The position numbers were made by a program, and so were the translations under genes. Positions 5,713 through 16,129 of a stretch of DNA of 20,000 bases are shown here, one piece after another. Location of the stretch: IMG/VR virus record IMGVR_UViG_3300030331_003482, positions 45,227 through 65,226 of that record. The stretch is one strand, 5' to 3'. The stretch's first letter is position 1. Every line of letters begins with the position of its first letter. This stretch comes from an uncultured virus (IMG/VR IMGVR_UViG_3300030331_003482). Taxonomy: Duplodnaviria > Heunggongvirae > Uroviricota > Caudoviricetes. A model generated the notes under the pieces. That model made no database searches, had not been told where the DNA came from, and worked only from the letters and a program-made list of their open reading frames with translations.

Positions 5713-7287
5713 ATGGAATATAATCAACCAAGCCAGATCGTCAAGAATCTTGACTATGGCTTAAATGCTAAACGCAAAATAATAGATGGTGTAGACAAAC
5801 TGAATAATGCAGTTAAATCTACACTGGGAGCCTCAGGAAAATGTGTCATCTATGAAGACGCATTAGGCAAGCCGGTGATTACAAAAGACGGTGTAACGGT
5901 AGCTCAATCCGTTGTCTTATATGATCCGGTTGAAAATATCGGAGCCACACTTATTAAAGAGGCTGCGAATAATACAGTGAAAGAAGCAGGTGATGGTACC
6001 ACTACGGCTACTGTCCTTGCTCACTCACTATTAACAATTGCAGAAGAATATGAAAAAGAAAATCAAAGAGAAGTTAAAGAAGGTATTAGATCTGGTACAG
6101 AAAAAGTTATCTCTCATTTGGAGAAACAAAGTATTAAGGTTACTGATGATCTATTACAACAAGTTGCTACGATATCTACTAACAACGATGAAGAGTTGGG
6201 TGGAATTATTGCAGAAGCATATAAGCAAGTAGGAAAAGATGGTATAGTCTTAATGGAAGGATCGCCAACGGGTGAAACATATGTTGATGTTGTTGATGGT
6301 ATACAAATGAAGTGTCCACTTAAATCACCTTATTTAATTACAGATAAAGATAAAGGCACGTGTGTATTAGAAAATCCTGCAATACTTATATCTTCATCAC
6401 CTATACCTAATATAAGAAAGATACAGAATATATTAGAACATTGTATAAAAGGTAATAAACCTTTATTAATAGTAGGTGATATTGAACAGCAACCAAAAGC
6501 TGCATTACTTACAAATAAAGTAAAAGGTAACATAAAAGTTAACTTTATTGATTTACCTGGTTTTGGTCCTACAAAAGAAGATACTATAGAAGATTTAGCT
6601 ATAGTAACAGGTGCTAAAATTATAAATGAAGAACTTGGTGACGATTTTGAGCTAATAGATCCTAGTTGCTTAGGTGAAGCTGTTAAAGCAGTAACTGATG
6701 ATAAGCATACAGTGTTAACTGTAAATAAATCAGGTAAAGAGTTAAAAGATCGTGTAAAACAAGTAAAAGATATAATTAAGAAGGAAACTAAAAATCCCTT
6801 CTTAAAAAAGAAACAACAAGAGAGATTAGCAATACTTAACGGATCCGTTGGTATCGTATTTGTAGGTGCTGATAGCGAAGTTGAGTTAAAAGAAAAGAAA
6901 GATAGAGTTGAAGATGCTATTTATGCTACGAAAGCAGCATTACAAGAAGGCATCGTACCAGGTGGTGGTATAGCGTTATTAAATGCCGCCAAGTCTATCA
7001 AACCAAAAAATGTTGGTGAAGAGATATTATTACAGGCGATAACAATGCCTTTTCAAACCATATTAGATAATGCTAATATTGATGTGCCTGAAACTAAACT
7101 CAAAACAGGTTACGGGGTTAATGTCATAAACGGTGAAATAGTTGATATGGTTAAGTCTGGTGTTATTGATCCGGTTTTGGTTACAAAATCGGCGCTTAAA
7201 AATGCTGCATCAGTAGCAAGCACTATAATATCTGCAGACTGTATAATAAGTAACGTTAGAATATTAAAACAAGATGAAAGCAGTTAA
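5713..7287 (+). CDS. groEL: Phage-encoded group I chaperonin (Cpn60/GroEL-like)
   Basis: ITKDGVTVA, AGDGTTTATVLA, LKEKKDRVEDA, GIVPGGG and GVIDP motifs; 524 aa; no GGM tail. Confidence 0.97.
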   Translation: MEYNQPSQIVKNLDYGLNAKRKIIDGVDKLNNAVKSTLGASGKCVIYEDALGKPVITKDGVTVAQSVVLYDPVENIGATLIKEAANNTVKEAGDGTTTATVLAHSLLTIAEEYEKENQREVKEGIRSGTEKVISHLEKQSIKVTDDLLQQVATISTNNDEELGGIIAEAYKQVGKDGIVLMEGSPTGETYVDVVDGIQMKCPLKSPYLITDKDKGTCVLENPAILISSSPIPNIRKIQNILEHCIKGNKPLLIVGDIEQQPKAALLTNKVKGNIKVNFIDLPGFGPTKEDTIEDLAIVTGAKIINEELGDDFELIDPSCLGEAVKAVTDDKHTVLTVNKSGKELKDRVKQVKDIIKKETKNPFLKKKQQERLAILNGSVGIVFVGADSEVELKEKKDRVEDAIYATKAALQEGIVPGGGIALLNAAKSIKPKNVGEEILLQAITMPFQTILDNANIDVPETKLKTGYGVNVINGEIVDMVKSGVIDPVLVTKSALKNAASVASTIISADCIISNVRILKQDESS

Positions 7288-7531
7288 TTATTATATAGTT
7301 ATTGATAAAATTAAAGAAAAACCTAAATCAGAGTCTGGCTTTGTATTATCTGAAGCACAAAGCGAAGATGTAAGGTTTTCTAAAGGTAATGTAATTAGCG
7401 TGGGTGAAGCAGTTAACGGTATTAACGAAGGTGATATTGTGTGGTATGACAAACACGCTGGTAACGGAATTGAGTATGATAACAAATATTATTATGTTAT
7501 CAAACATGGGGATGTTGTTATAATAGAATGA
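7274..7531 (+). CDS. groES: Co-chaperonin (Cpn10/GroES-like)
   Basis: 85 aa; mobile loop KSESGFVL, GNVISVG, INEGDIV; overlaps the groEL end. Confidence 0.92.
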   Translation: MKAVNYYIVIDKIKEKPKSESGFVLSEAQSEDVRFSKGNVISVGEAVNGINEGDIVWYDKHAGNGIEYDNKYYYVIKHGDVVIIE

Positions 7532-7968
7532 AATTAAGTGCATCTGACTTAAGAGAAATTCAATTATTTAAGTATTACAGGCTTGTTCGCAAATGGGCCT
7601 GTAAAACTTATAAACTTACTGACGCAGACCTTGAATTATTAATATACTTAGATTGTAAAGAAAGATTTACACGACAAGAATTTATCGATGGCACATACAC
7701 TATGTCATGGGACAAACAACGTTGGGATAAATTAAGATCCAAAGGTTGGATAGATGTATGGAGACATCGAAACAGAACTACAATTAAATTTTCTATTTTT
7801 AAAACTTCATTTAAATGTTCGCAATTAATTAGCAGAATATATCGTATACTATTAGGCGAAGAAGATCTGCCAACTAGTGAACGCAATGTATTTTTTAAAA
7901 ATAAATCATATAGCGATAAAGTCTTTAATAAAGCTATCGATGATATGATTAAAGATAAAGATCGTTAA
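7528..7968 (+). CDS. Putative winged-helix (MarR-like) DNA-binding protein
   Basis: LTDADLELLIYL...FTRQEF...WDKLRSKGWI pattern; ATGA-coupled to groES. Confidence 0.55.
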   Translation: MKLSASDLREIQLFKYYRLVRKWACKTYKLTDADLELLIYLDCKERFTRQEFIDGTYTMSWDKQRWDKLRSKGWIDVWRHRNRTTIKFSIFKTSFKCSQLISRIYRILLGEEDLPTSERNVFFKNKSYSDKVFNKAIDDMIKDKDR

Positions 7969-7985
7969 CAATTAAAAATAAAAAA

Positions 7986-8480
7986 ATGGCAAAACATAAA
8001 AAAATGGTTGATATTAGTAATGTACCAGCTGGTCAACAAAAATTAATTAAAGGTATAGTCAAGAAATCTGGTGGTGGACCACATATGGTTGGTTCAAAAG
8101 AAAAGGATACACCGGGTAACTTTGCTGAATACCATCACATGAAAATGATGGGATCACCTTTATATTATGGCAATAAACCAGATATGTATGGTGGTAAAGA
8201 TAAACCAGATATGTATGGTGGTGGAGGTAAACCAGATATGTATGGTGGTGCAGGTAAACCAGCTGGTGGCCCATTTGTAGGTGGTAGCTATAAAGCCACT
8301 GATACTAATAAAGAAGTTTTTTCTGAAGAGAAAGAAGAGAAAAAAGAAGAAGGTAGTAAAAAATCAGAAGGTACTAAAAGATTATCAGCTGCTAGATCAA
8401 GAAGAAAAGAAGCTAGAAAAAATCTTAAAGCGGACAGACTAAACAGAAGAGCTGACCGTATGGAAGCTAGAAGAAGGTAA
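7986..8480 (+). CDS. Low-complexity protein with KPDMYGG repeats and a basic tail
   Basis: 164-aa ORF; G/M/Y-rich middle and R/K-rich C-terminus. Confidence 0.75.
   Translation: MAKHKKMVDISNVPAGQQKLIKGIVKKSGGGPHMVGSKEKDTPGNFAEYHHMKMMGSPLYYGNKPDMYGGKDKPDMYGGGGKPDMYGGAGKPAGGPFVGGSYKATDTNKEVFSEEKEEKKEEGSKKSEGTKRLSAARSRRKEARKNLKADRLNRRADRMEARRR
8174..8262 (+). repeat. 27-bp tandem repeat (3 full copies plus 1 partial)
   Basis: TAAACCAGATATGTATGGTGGT at 8174, 8201 and 8228; TAAACCAG at 8255. Confidence 0.9.
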
Positions 8481-8644
8481 TGGCTAAAGCTTACCGTGGA
8501 GTTTTAAAAGCCCGTATAAATAAATTATATGGAGGCGATGTAACCTGCGGTAAGGTTAAAAAGCTAAAGTCACGTAAAGGTGCTACAAAGCGAGATGTGC
8601 AGCTCGCAAACTGGTTTATAAACATGCACGACTGTAAAATATAA
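8480..8644 (+). CDS. Small basic protein (54 aa)
   Basis: Manual translation MAKAYRGVLKARINKLYGGDVTCGKVKKLKSRKGATKRDVQLANWFINMHDCKI*; TAATG coupling; stops 4 nt before the holin. Confidence 0.75.
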   Translation: MAKAYRGVLKARINKLYGGDVTCGKVKKLKSRKGATKRDVQLANWFINMHDCKI

Positions 8645-8648
8645 TACA

Positions 8649-9047
8649 ATGAGTAAATTATTAGGTAAATTATTAGGTAATGCTGGAGGTAGCGTAATAA
8701 ACAAGCTAGCCGGTGTTGCTGATAAATTTATAAGAACAAAAGACGAGAAAGCAGAGTTTGAAAAACAAATGACGCAAATATTTATTGAAGCTGAGGCTGC
8801 GATGCAAAAAAATGTAACCGAAAGGTGGAAAGCAGACTTAGAGCACGGAAACTGGTTAACGCGTTCAGTTCGTCCTCTCGTACTCATATTCCTCATAGTG
8901 GCGACCGTGCTCATGATATTTATTGATAGTGGATCTATTAAGTTCGACGTAGAGCAGAAGTGGACAGACCTACTTCAGCTAGTTTTGATTACTGTAATCG
9001 GAGCCTATTTCGGCGGACGAAGTTTTGAGAAGTTTAAAAAGAATTAA
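8649..9047 (+). CDS. 3TM (GTA-type) holin family protein
   Basis: ERWKAD...WLTRSVRPL, hydrophobic helices and GAYFGGRSFEK. Confidence 0.85.
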   Translation: MSKLLGKLLGNAGGSVINKLAGVADKFIRTKDEKAEFEKQMTQIFIEAEAAMQKNVTERWKADLEHGNWLTRSVRPLVLIFLIVATVLMIFIDSGSIKFDVEQKWTDLLQLVLITVIGAYFGGRSFEKFKKN

Positions 9048-9050
9048 CAT

Positions 9051-9821
9051 ATGCCTAAAATCCAAAACATACAGGTTGATCAGGTAATAGACAAAAATGA
9101 TAAGTTACTAGGATCAGATTCCGGTGGTGGCACCAGAAATTATGTTATAGGTGATGTAACTAAATTTTTTAAAAATACTAACGCAGCTGGTATAGCTGGC
9201 CAGTTTACATATCAATACAAGAGTGCAGCCCCATTTAATGCTGGCTCTATGAGAGTTACTTTTTCTAGTGGCTTAACATTTCAAAACGCAACATCAATAA
9301 AGATTAGTAAGTTTATTCACAACTCAACTGAATCATACGAAAATATTTTAACAATACTAACTGGTAAGCAGTTATTAATAGTGGATCTTGAAGATCAAGA
9401 TAACTACGCTATATATAACGCTGGAACGTTAACTCAAGACACAAACGAAACAGATTTTTTTAATCTAGACTTAAGTACACCAACAAAGTTTAATGGTTCG
9501 TTTACAAATGAAAAATTTTATGCAATAATATCTATTGGTGGTGGTGGATCAGATAAGCACGCTGTTTTATCTTTTACGTCTAGTAATTTTGCTAGCACAA
9601 CAGACGGCGAAGGTAATGTCACACAGTTAACTGAAAACATCAACGGTTCTACAATGAAGTATGTAGACTTTCAGCATGACTTAGCTAAAAGAGCTAGCAT
9701 TACAGTAGCAGAGTCAGGATCACCAGAACAGGTAGCACATGTACCTGTTAAATATATAAACGATAATAAAGTAAGGGTTTACTTTACAGGAACAACTAGC
9801 GGAAAAATATACGCTAACTAA
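9051..9821 (+). CDS. Putative virion structural/tail protein
   Basis: 256 aa, beta-rich composition; first gene of the tail block. Confidence 0.6.
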   Translation: MPKIQNIQVDQVIDKNDKLLGSDSGGGTRNYVIGDVTKFFKNTNAAGIAGQFTYQYKSAAPFNAGSMRVTFSSGLTFQNATSIKISKFIHNSTESYENILTILTGKQLLIVDLEDQDNYAIYNAGTLTQDTNETDFFNLDLSTPTKFNGSFTNEKFYAIISIGGGGSDKHAVLSFTSSNFASTTDGEGNVTQLTENINGSTMKYVDFQHDLAKRASITVAESGSPEQVAHVPVKYINDNKVRVYFTGTTSGKIYAN

Positions 9822-9850
9822 GAAATTATAAAATTTAAACAACTACAACT

Positions 9851-10873
9851 ATGGCAATACCATTTCTTTCAAACATTAATATGAATAAAAACGAGATACA
9901 AAATCTCGTTCTTCATACACAAAACTCAGACCCAACTGGCACAGAAGGTCAAATTTATTATAACTCTAGTACAAACAAAGTATTAATACACAATGGAAGT
10001 AGCTTCATAAACATAAGTGGAGATATAACTGAAGTTATAGCTGGTAATGGTTTAACAGGTGGTGGTACTGTTGACGCTGTAACATTAAACGCTGTAGGTG
10101 GTGATGGTATAACAGTAACTGCTAACGAAATAGAAGCAACAGTTGATGGTGTTACTATAGGCCTTAATAATACTAATGGTCAAGGAGCGTTATTTGTAAA
10201 AGATAACAGTATAACTGGTGATAAATTATCAGATGATGTTACAATTGCAAACGACTTAACTGTAACTGGAGATTTAACTGTACAAGGTGATACAATAACA
10301 GCAAACGTTGGAACTTTAGATGTTGAAGATAAAAACATAACATTAAACTTCCATGCAAGCAGTGACACTAGTTCTACAGCAAATGGAGCAGGTATTACAA
10401 TTCAAGACGCCGTAAATGCTACTACTGATGCTACAATATTATGGAATACTTCTAATGATAACTTTGTATTCTCTCATGAAATAGCAGTACCAAGCTTAGA
10501 TATATCAGGTAACGTTGATGTAGATGGTACAATGGAAGCAGACGCTATAACAGTAAATGGAACAGCATTAAATACAGTTATAGAAAACGCAATTAAAGCT
10601 AGACAGTTTAAAGCTAATATTCCTTCTACCGCAAAAACAGCTGGCACAGCGTTTACAGTAGATCACAACTTAAATTCAAGAGATATTATAATTCAGGTAT
10701 ATAACAACGTAACAAACATAGATGGTGACGGCGGTAATACTAATGAAATTGATAATCAATATGAGACTGTTAATGTTGAAGTTTTTAGAAACACAGCAAA
10801 TCAAGTAACTATAAAATCAGGCGTTGCTTTAGCAGCAAACTCATTAAAGGTACTTATAACCGAAATAGGTTAA
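9851..10873 (+). CDS. Tail-fibre-associated structural protein
   Basis: AGNGLTGGG and DLTVTGDLTVQG fibre repeats; C-terminal HNLNSRDIIIQVY. Confidence 0.7.
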   Translation: MAIPFLSNINMNKNEIQNLVLHTQNSDPTGTEGQIYYNSSTNKVLIHNGSSFINISGDITEVIAGNGLTGGGTVDAVTLNAVGGDGITVTANEIEATVDGVTIGLNNTNGQGALFVKDNSITGDKLSDDVTIANDLTVTGDLTVQGDTITANVGTLDVEDKNITLNFHASSDTSSTANGAGITIQDAVNATTDATILWNTSNDNFVFSHEIAVPSLDISGNVDVDGTMEADAITVNGTALNTVIENAIKARQFKANIPSTAKTAGTAFTVDHNLNSRDIIIQVYNNVTNIDGDGGNTNEIDNQYETVNVEVFRNTANQVTIKSGVALAANSLKVLITEIG

Positions 10874-10894
10874 TATACAAAACTAAAATAAAAT

Positions 10895-13800
10895 ATGGCA
10901 CAAACTTTCTTATCCGATATTAAGCTTGGAGATAATATCTTCATACGCCTTGGCGATGCCACCAATGGTGATCTTCAAGTATATCACGATGGTAACCATA
11001 GTTATATTCAGGACGCCGGAACCGGCGAATTAAGACTTGCAGCAAATGTTTTTAGAGTATTAAACGCTAATGCTTCTGAAACAATGATCTACGCCGAGCA
11101 AGACGGCAAAGTACAATTAAGATTTAACGAGCAAACAAGGTTTGAAACAACAAACACAGGAGTTGATGTTACAGGTAACTTAGATGTTAGTGGTAGTGGA
11201 ACTTTTGGAGGCATGGTAACTGTTAATGGTGGAGGTATTGATATTGACAATGATGATGATATAAGATTAAGATTTGATAATGCTAGTACTTTTAAAGCAG
11301 GACTACAAGTAGTAACTACTATTGGAGATATGATAGCAAACAGTGCAGTGAATGATTTTGCTATTCGCTCACAAACAAACATGCTGTTTGCTACTGGTGG
11401 TAATACAGAACGTATGCGTATTGATTCTAGTGGTAAAATTGGTATAGGAAAAACGCCAAGCACGTGGGCTTTTGACGTTGACACAGGCCTTATATATATC
11501 GCGTCGTTTGATGGGGCTAATAATACTGGTGTTGTTATTAATAGTAATAACGCAACAGCTGCTCAGATTATGGGTTATTCTAACTCAGCATCAACTTACA
11601 ACGACTTAGATATTAGAGCTAACGCTACAGCAGGTAGCGGCGTTTATGTTGATGGTAGTGCGTCAACTGTTGGAATCGGGACAACAACCCCTTTGCAAAA
11701 ACTTACAGTTAATGGTGCTACATTTATAACAGGTGCATTAACTTCACCTGGTTCAGCAGGTTCTTATACCTATAATGGCACAGCAGTTGATTATCATTCA
11801 GATGGAGCTAGATATTGGTCTTGGGGTAATGCTACAACTAGAGGTACTTTTAGTTTTATACAATTAGAAAACGATGGTCAAAATCAACAAACGGCTTTAA
11901 GCATTAACAGCTCAGGCGCGGCAACTTTTGCAGGTAATGTAGGTATTAAAGAATCAAGTATTGATGCAAACTTACATATAACAGATACTAATCCAAATAT
12001 AAAATTTGAAAGATCGGGTCAAGGTAAATGGGCTTTTGGTATACCAAATAATCAAACATATTTAGCTTTTGATGAAACAAGTGATGATTTATCAACACCA
12101 ACGATGGTTCTTACTAAAACCACAAAATTTGTAGGAATTGGAAATTCAGACCCATCACAACGCTTACATCTTGGCGACGGCACAGATGCACTTAGAGGTA
12201 TAATGGCTATTGAGGGTGCGGGTGGACAACACTTAATATTTTCAGAGGCTTCAGATTATGGCAGTGGTGCAAACGCTTTTGCTTTAAGACCTGCGGCAGG
12301 AACAAAATTTTTAATACAAGAAGATGGCGCATCTACAGTTGCTTTTTCAGTAAACACAAATGGTAATGTTGGTGTTGGTGTTGGCGCAGCATATAAAGAA
12401 CTTGAAATAATTGGAGACTTACAATTAGATGCTGCAGATGCAAATATTTGGATTAAATCAGGTGCAGTTGGAACAAATGGATTTATTAATTGGACATTCA
12501 ACACGAATGATACTGTATTTAACAAAGTTGGTATTGATTATGATACAAGAGCCACTACAGGTTTTCATATTGATGCTGGTTATCCTATAACTATTGATGG
12601 TACAACTTTTATAAATTTTGCTCTATCTGGTATTAATCAAGGGTCATGGAACTCAACTGGATTAGGTATTGGAACAGGTTCAAGTATTGATGAGAGATTA
12701 CACGTGCAAGGTAGCGTTAATAATGACGATGTTGCTATTAAAATAGAAAACACTTTTGACGATGATGGAGCTTCTAGCGCTCCTGCTTCTGCATTACTGT
12801 TTGCAGCAGCAAGTAACAACGGATATATAAGACTTACAGGTTCTCCTTCTGATAATGCTGCTCAACATAAATTTGAAATAGGTAGTACAGCTAGTGATAG
12901 TTTTATTACATTTAAGCCTTCAGGTGGCATAGCTTTAACATTAGATTCATCACAAAATGCTAAGTTTGAAGGAAGTATCACTATGAATAGTGGTGCTAAT
13001 TTCTTCTCAGATAGTATATTTCAGTTTTTAAATACAGGTAGTGGAGCTCAATACGGTAAATTTAGAGGTATACAAGTATCTACATCATATTCTGGTACAC
13101 CGCCTTCACAAGGTATATTATTTGGAACAGATACTAATTTATATAGAGATTCAGCAAATGTTTTAAAAACAGATGATAGCCTAGTAGTAGATGGAGATCT
13201 TACAGTTAACGGCACAACAACTACAATAAACACTACAACTGTAGAGGTTGAAGATAACATATTACAACTTAATACAACACAAGGTTCACCAGACACAGCA
13301 ACAGCTGCTACATCTGGTATTTCTATTTATAGAGGTGATGGTGTTACGCAAGCTAGCTTTATATTTGATGATGCAGATGATACATGGGATTTAACAAATA
13401 ATTTAAATGTTGCGGGTAATGTAACTGTAAACACTGTAACATCAGGAGATATAAATATTTCCAAAACAGATCCTACAATTACTCTTTTTGATAATAGTGG
13501 CGCTAATACTGATCCACATGGTAGAATAGTATTTAAAGAAACTGCAAATTCAGAAAATTTTGATATAAATTATAATGGCACAGATGATAGGTTAGAGTTT
13601 AGAGGAAGAATAGGTAATAATGATAATACAGATTTAGTATATATAAATAGAGATTTAAGTAACGCGTTGCAAGTTGTAGGTGTTTTAAATGTAGGAACTT
13701 TTACATCTACAGGCACTAGCAATTTAAATATAATATCAGAAGCTGAACATGATACAAAATTAGGATTTTTTGAAGATAACCTTAATCATGGTTTTAGTTT

Positions 13801-16106
13801 AAATTACGATGGTGGAGATAATGACTTTATAATAAAAAGACATGACAGCTCGGCAGGTGGAACGCCTGTTTTAACTTTATTTAGAGAAAACAATCATGTT
13901 AAGTTTGAAGGTAATATTGCAATAGGTGGTCTTGATGTAGATAGCGCTAAAGCATTAAGAATAAAATCACAATCAACAAGTGCACAGTCTTCAGCAATAG
14001 AGGTTATACAAAATGGAACTGGTACTAATCCTATCATACGTATGGGCGAAAAATCTACCGATGGTGCTAGATTACATATGTTTGATGGTGGTACAGAAAA
14101 AATTGCTTTTTACACAGATGGTACTAACAATCATATTTCTGCAGGAAACTTAGGAATTAATGATGTATCGCCAAGTAAAGGTAAATTGCAAATAGACCAA
14201 GAAAGTAATACGTTATCTTCAATTCAGTTAGTAAACACCGCACAAGCCTCTTCTAATTTTGCTAGTTATCCTATATCTATATTTTTTGGTGATGAACAAA
14301 AAGGTTCTTCTGCAAGACATCAAGCATCAATAAATGCCGTTCGTGAGGCATGGAACAATTCTCCAGCAGCATTGACGTTTAAAACATCAGCAACAGTAAA
14401 TGGAGCTACTGAAAAAATGCGTATCACATCAGCAGGGCTGGTTGGTATTGGAACTGAAAGCCCTGATGAATCACTTCATATTAAAAATAACGATGGAGCT
14501 AATATCATATTAAATTCTGATACTAATACAAATGACAGTGGAATTTACATGTCTGAAGGAGCAGATGCTACTCCTACACAAAATGGTGCTTATGTTTATT
14601 ATGATGCAAGTGCAAATGAGTTTAAAATTGCAACAGGTGGTAGTTCATTAACAGATAGGTTAACAATAGCAAGAGACACTGGTAACGCAACTTTTGCAGG
14701 AGCTGTCGGTATAAAAACAGCTGCTACTTATACAGCAAATACAGTTGCTGATGAGTTAGTTATAGGTGATGGCACTGGTCATCACGGCATAACAATACAC
14801 ACAGGTACTACACATCAAGGTTCTATTTATTTCGCTGATGATTTAGACGCGGAAGCTGCTGGTGATAATCCAGTTGGTAACAGAGATGGTGTGTTTAGGT
14901 ATGATCAAANNNNNNNNNNCATTAACAGATAGGTTAACAATAGCAAGAGACACTGGTAACGCAACTTTTGCAGGTGATATAACTTTAGATGATAACTCTG
15001 GAGCATCACCTTCTTTGTTCTTTAAAAATGAGGATAATAATTTTTGGAGAATATTTTGTGGTAGTAGTTTAGATTTAACATTTAGAGTTGGTACTGTTAC
15101 AAAATTTGATATTGATTCTTCTGGTAATGGAACTTTTGCAGGCGAAGGAACTTTTGGCGGAGGTATAGTAAATGTTAATGGAACAACAACTTCTGCTTTA
15201 GCGCTTAATGCATCAACCCACGATACTAATACTGCAAATGTAGCAACTCTTTCTTTTTCTTATGCTCACTCTGCAGGTGTTGGAGTTGGTCACATAAAAT
15301 TAACTGAAGATGCTAATAACAGCTTTGGTGCTGATATGACTTTTGGTGTGCCTCACAATAATGGAAGTGGTGGTAGCACAACAAGAACAGCGTTAACTTT
15401 AGATGGTGGTACTTTAAACGCAGCTTTTGTAGGTAACGTTTCTGTTAATACTACATCAGCACCTGTTGGTAATTTGCAAGTTGTAGGTGATGCAGGTAGT
15501 GCAGGTAGAATATACATAAGTGATGTTGATGAAGGTACAACCACTGGAAAAAGCGCTCTTGCCATGAAGAGTGGTATTCATGCTTATTATTACAATAGAG
15601 ATAGTGGTAATTTATATTTAGGAACAAATGATGACCCTAATAAATTAATAATAAATGATTCAGAAGCAATTTTTGCAGGCAAAATATCTGTGGCTGGAAC
15701 ATCAGAAGTAGGTAGTTCAAACGGTAAAGTTCTACATGGTTCTAAAAGTGTTAATATTGGAGAAAATACATTTACTACGGTGTTAACAGTTTCTTTAGCA
15801 AACCACACAAGTTGTTATGTGAAAATATTTGGTACAGGAGATTGGAGTAGTCACTCAGCTGTAACGTACTTAGGAGAGTTCTTTTTACAAAATGGAGCTA
15901 ATGGTTACAATGAGCCTGGTATGATTATAAGAGAGGTAGATAATACTAAAACAGATGCTATAGTAGCTAAAATAGTAGATCCAACAGGAAATACAAATCC
16001 TAAAAATTTTGAAATACAACTTAAAGCAGATGATACTGTAGCAGCGGTAGGACCTACAATTAAACTAACATATGAAGTAATGGGAGTTTTTGGCATAGTA
16101 AGTTAA
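10895..16106 (+). CDS. Giant modular tail fibre/adhesin, interrupted by a scaffold gap (track ORFs 10895..14932 and 14862..16106)
   Basis: Repeated ERMRI-x-SSG-x-VGIGT and ATFAG motifs. Joining 10895-14700 to 14975-16106 through the duplicated 55-mer gives an intact 1645-aa frame. Confidence 0.75.
14646..14974 (+). repeat. Exact 55-bp direct repeat (14646-14700 and 14920-14974); second copy begins right after the 10-N gap (14910-14919)
   Basis: CATTAACAGATAGGTTAACAATAGCAAGAGACACTGGTAACGCAACTTTTGCAGG occurs twice. Confidence 0.95.
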
Positions 16107-16129
16107 AATATAATATGTAATATAAAGAT

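Noticed and set aside
14862..14932. Programmed frameshift or two separate genes in the fibre
   Set aside because: The frame change is caused by the arbitrary 10-N scaffold gap.
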